Shown one piece after another: positions 24,102 to 24,846 of a stretch of DNA of 24,846 nt (the first letter of the stretch is position 1; each line of letters opens with the position of its first letter). Under the pieces are notes generated by a model. That model made no database searches. It worked only from the letters and a program-made list of their open reading frames with translations, and was not told the origin of the DNA. This stretch comes from a virus (lineage: Duplodnaviria > Caudoviricetes): positions 1 to 24,846 of IMG/VR virus record IMGVR_UViG_3300049012_000059; one strand, given 5' to 3'. The translations under genes were made by a program, and so were the position numbers.

Positions 24102-24846
24102 ATGGCCGGACCATCCGTCAAGCTCGGCGTAACCGCCGCCGGTGTTGCGACCATCGACGGTCTCAACGCGGCGCTGGAGCGCCTGCGGGGCAACCTCACC
24201 GCGCTGAAGGTCTCGAAGCCCGACCTGGGCTCGCTCGAGTCCCTGACGGCCGAATTCAAGCGCTTCCGCAACGAGTTCACCGAGATCGCGCAGGCGCAGC
24301 GCACGGCGTTCACCGAGCTGGCTGAGACCCTGAAGACGGGCTTCGGCAAGGCTGCCGCGTCGGCGCGCGCCGGCGCGGAGGATCTCGACAAGGCGCTGGC
24401 CAAGGGTGGCACCGACGGCAAGAGCGGCATCCCGGCGTTCAAGGCCAAGATGATGGTGGGCGCCGCGCAGCTGGTGGAGGCTGCGGAGATCGCCGGCACG
24501 CGCCAGCGCGACGCGATGTTCGCCTGGAAGGCCAAGCTGATGGTCGGCTCGGCCGCCGTCGCCGAAGCGCAGGATGTCGCCGCGGCGCGCGCCGCGAGCG
24601 CGGCGTCGGCCTGGCAGGCCAAGCTGCAGGTCGGCTCGCTCAAGATCGCCGAGGCGATCGAGGCCGCGGAGGCGCGCGAGAGCCGCGCCAAGCTCGCCTG
24701 GAAGGCCAAGATGATGGTCGGCTCGGCGGCGATCGCCGAGGGCCAGGAGCTGGCCGCCACGAAGGCGGCGTCGGCCGCCCTGGGGTGGCAGGCCAAGCTG
24801 CAGGTCGGCTCGCTCAAGATCGCCGAGGCGATCGAGGCCGCGGAGG
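24102..24846 (+). CDS. Tape measure protein, N-terminal part (runs off the window)
   Basis: ATG at 24102 with purine-rich RBS; open to the end; Ala-rich helix with Trp every 29 aa; absent from the ORF track because no stop is reached. Confidence 0.85.
   Translation, partial: MAGPSVKLGVTAAGVATIDGLNAALERLRGNLTALKVSKPDLGSLESLTAEFKRFRNEFTEIAQAQRTAFTELAETLKTGFGKAAASARAGAEDLDKALAKGGTDGKSGIPAFKAKMMVGAAQLVEAAEIAGTRQRDAMFAWKAKLMVGSAAVAEAQDVAAARAASAASAWQAKLQVGSLKIAEAIEAAEARESRAKLAWKAKMMVGSAAIAEGQELAATKAASAALGWQAKLQVGSLKIAEAIEAAE

Overview
GC-rich tailed-phage DNA (siphovirus-like; a proteobacterial host is inferred). Left 2.6 kb: a leftward block of small hypothetical ORFs, split by an ~800 nt non-coding stretch (about 960-1760) rich in hairpins and long-range complementary segments, the best candidate for an undescribed large structured RNA. 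After a divergent intergenic region, a rightward morphogenesis operon runs to the window end: dual-HTH protein, small ORFs, probable small terminase, lambda GpA-type large terminase, portal, then an ~8 kb insert (parS-like palindrome, holin-like gene, two small structural proteins, two giant fibre-like proteins with Ala/Gly repeats and related putative propeller domains, a cupin), S49 protease with nested scaffold, decoration protein, major capsid, head-tail proteins, tail tube, chaperones joined by a -1 frameshift, and the start of the tape measure. AT-rich islands, some with ~11 bp phased A/T tracts and some with sigma70-like promoters, punctuate the coding sequence. All product calls come from motif recognition and gene order; no database searches were run.
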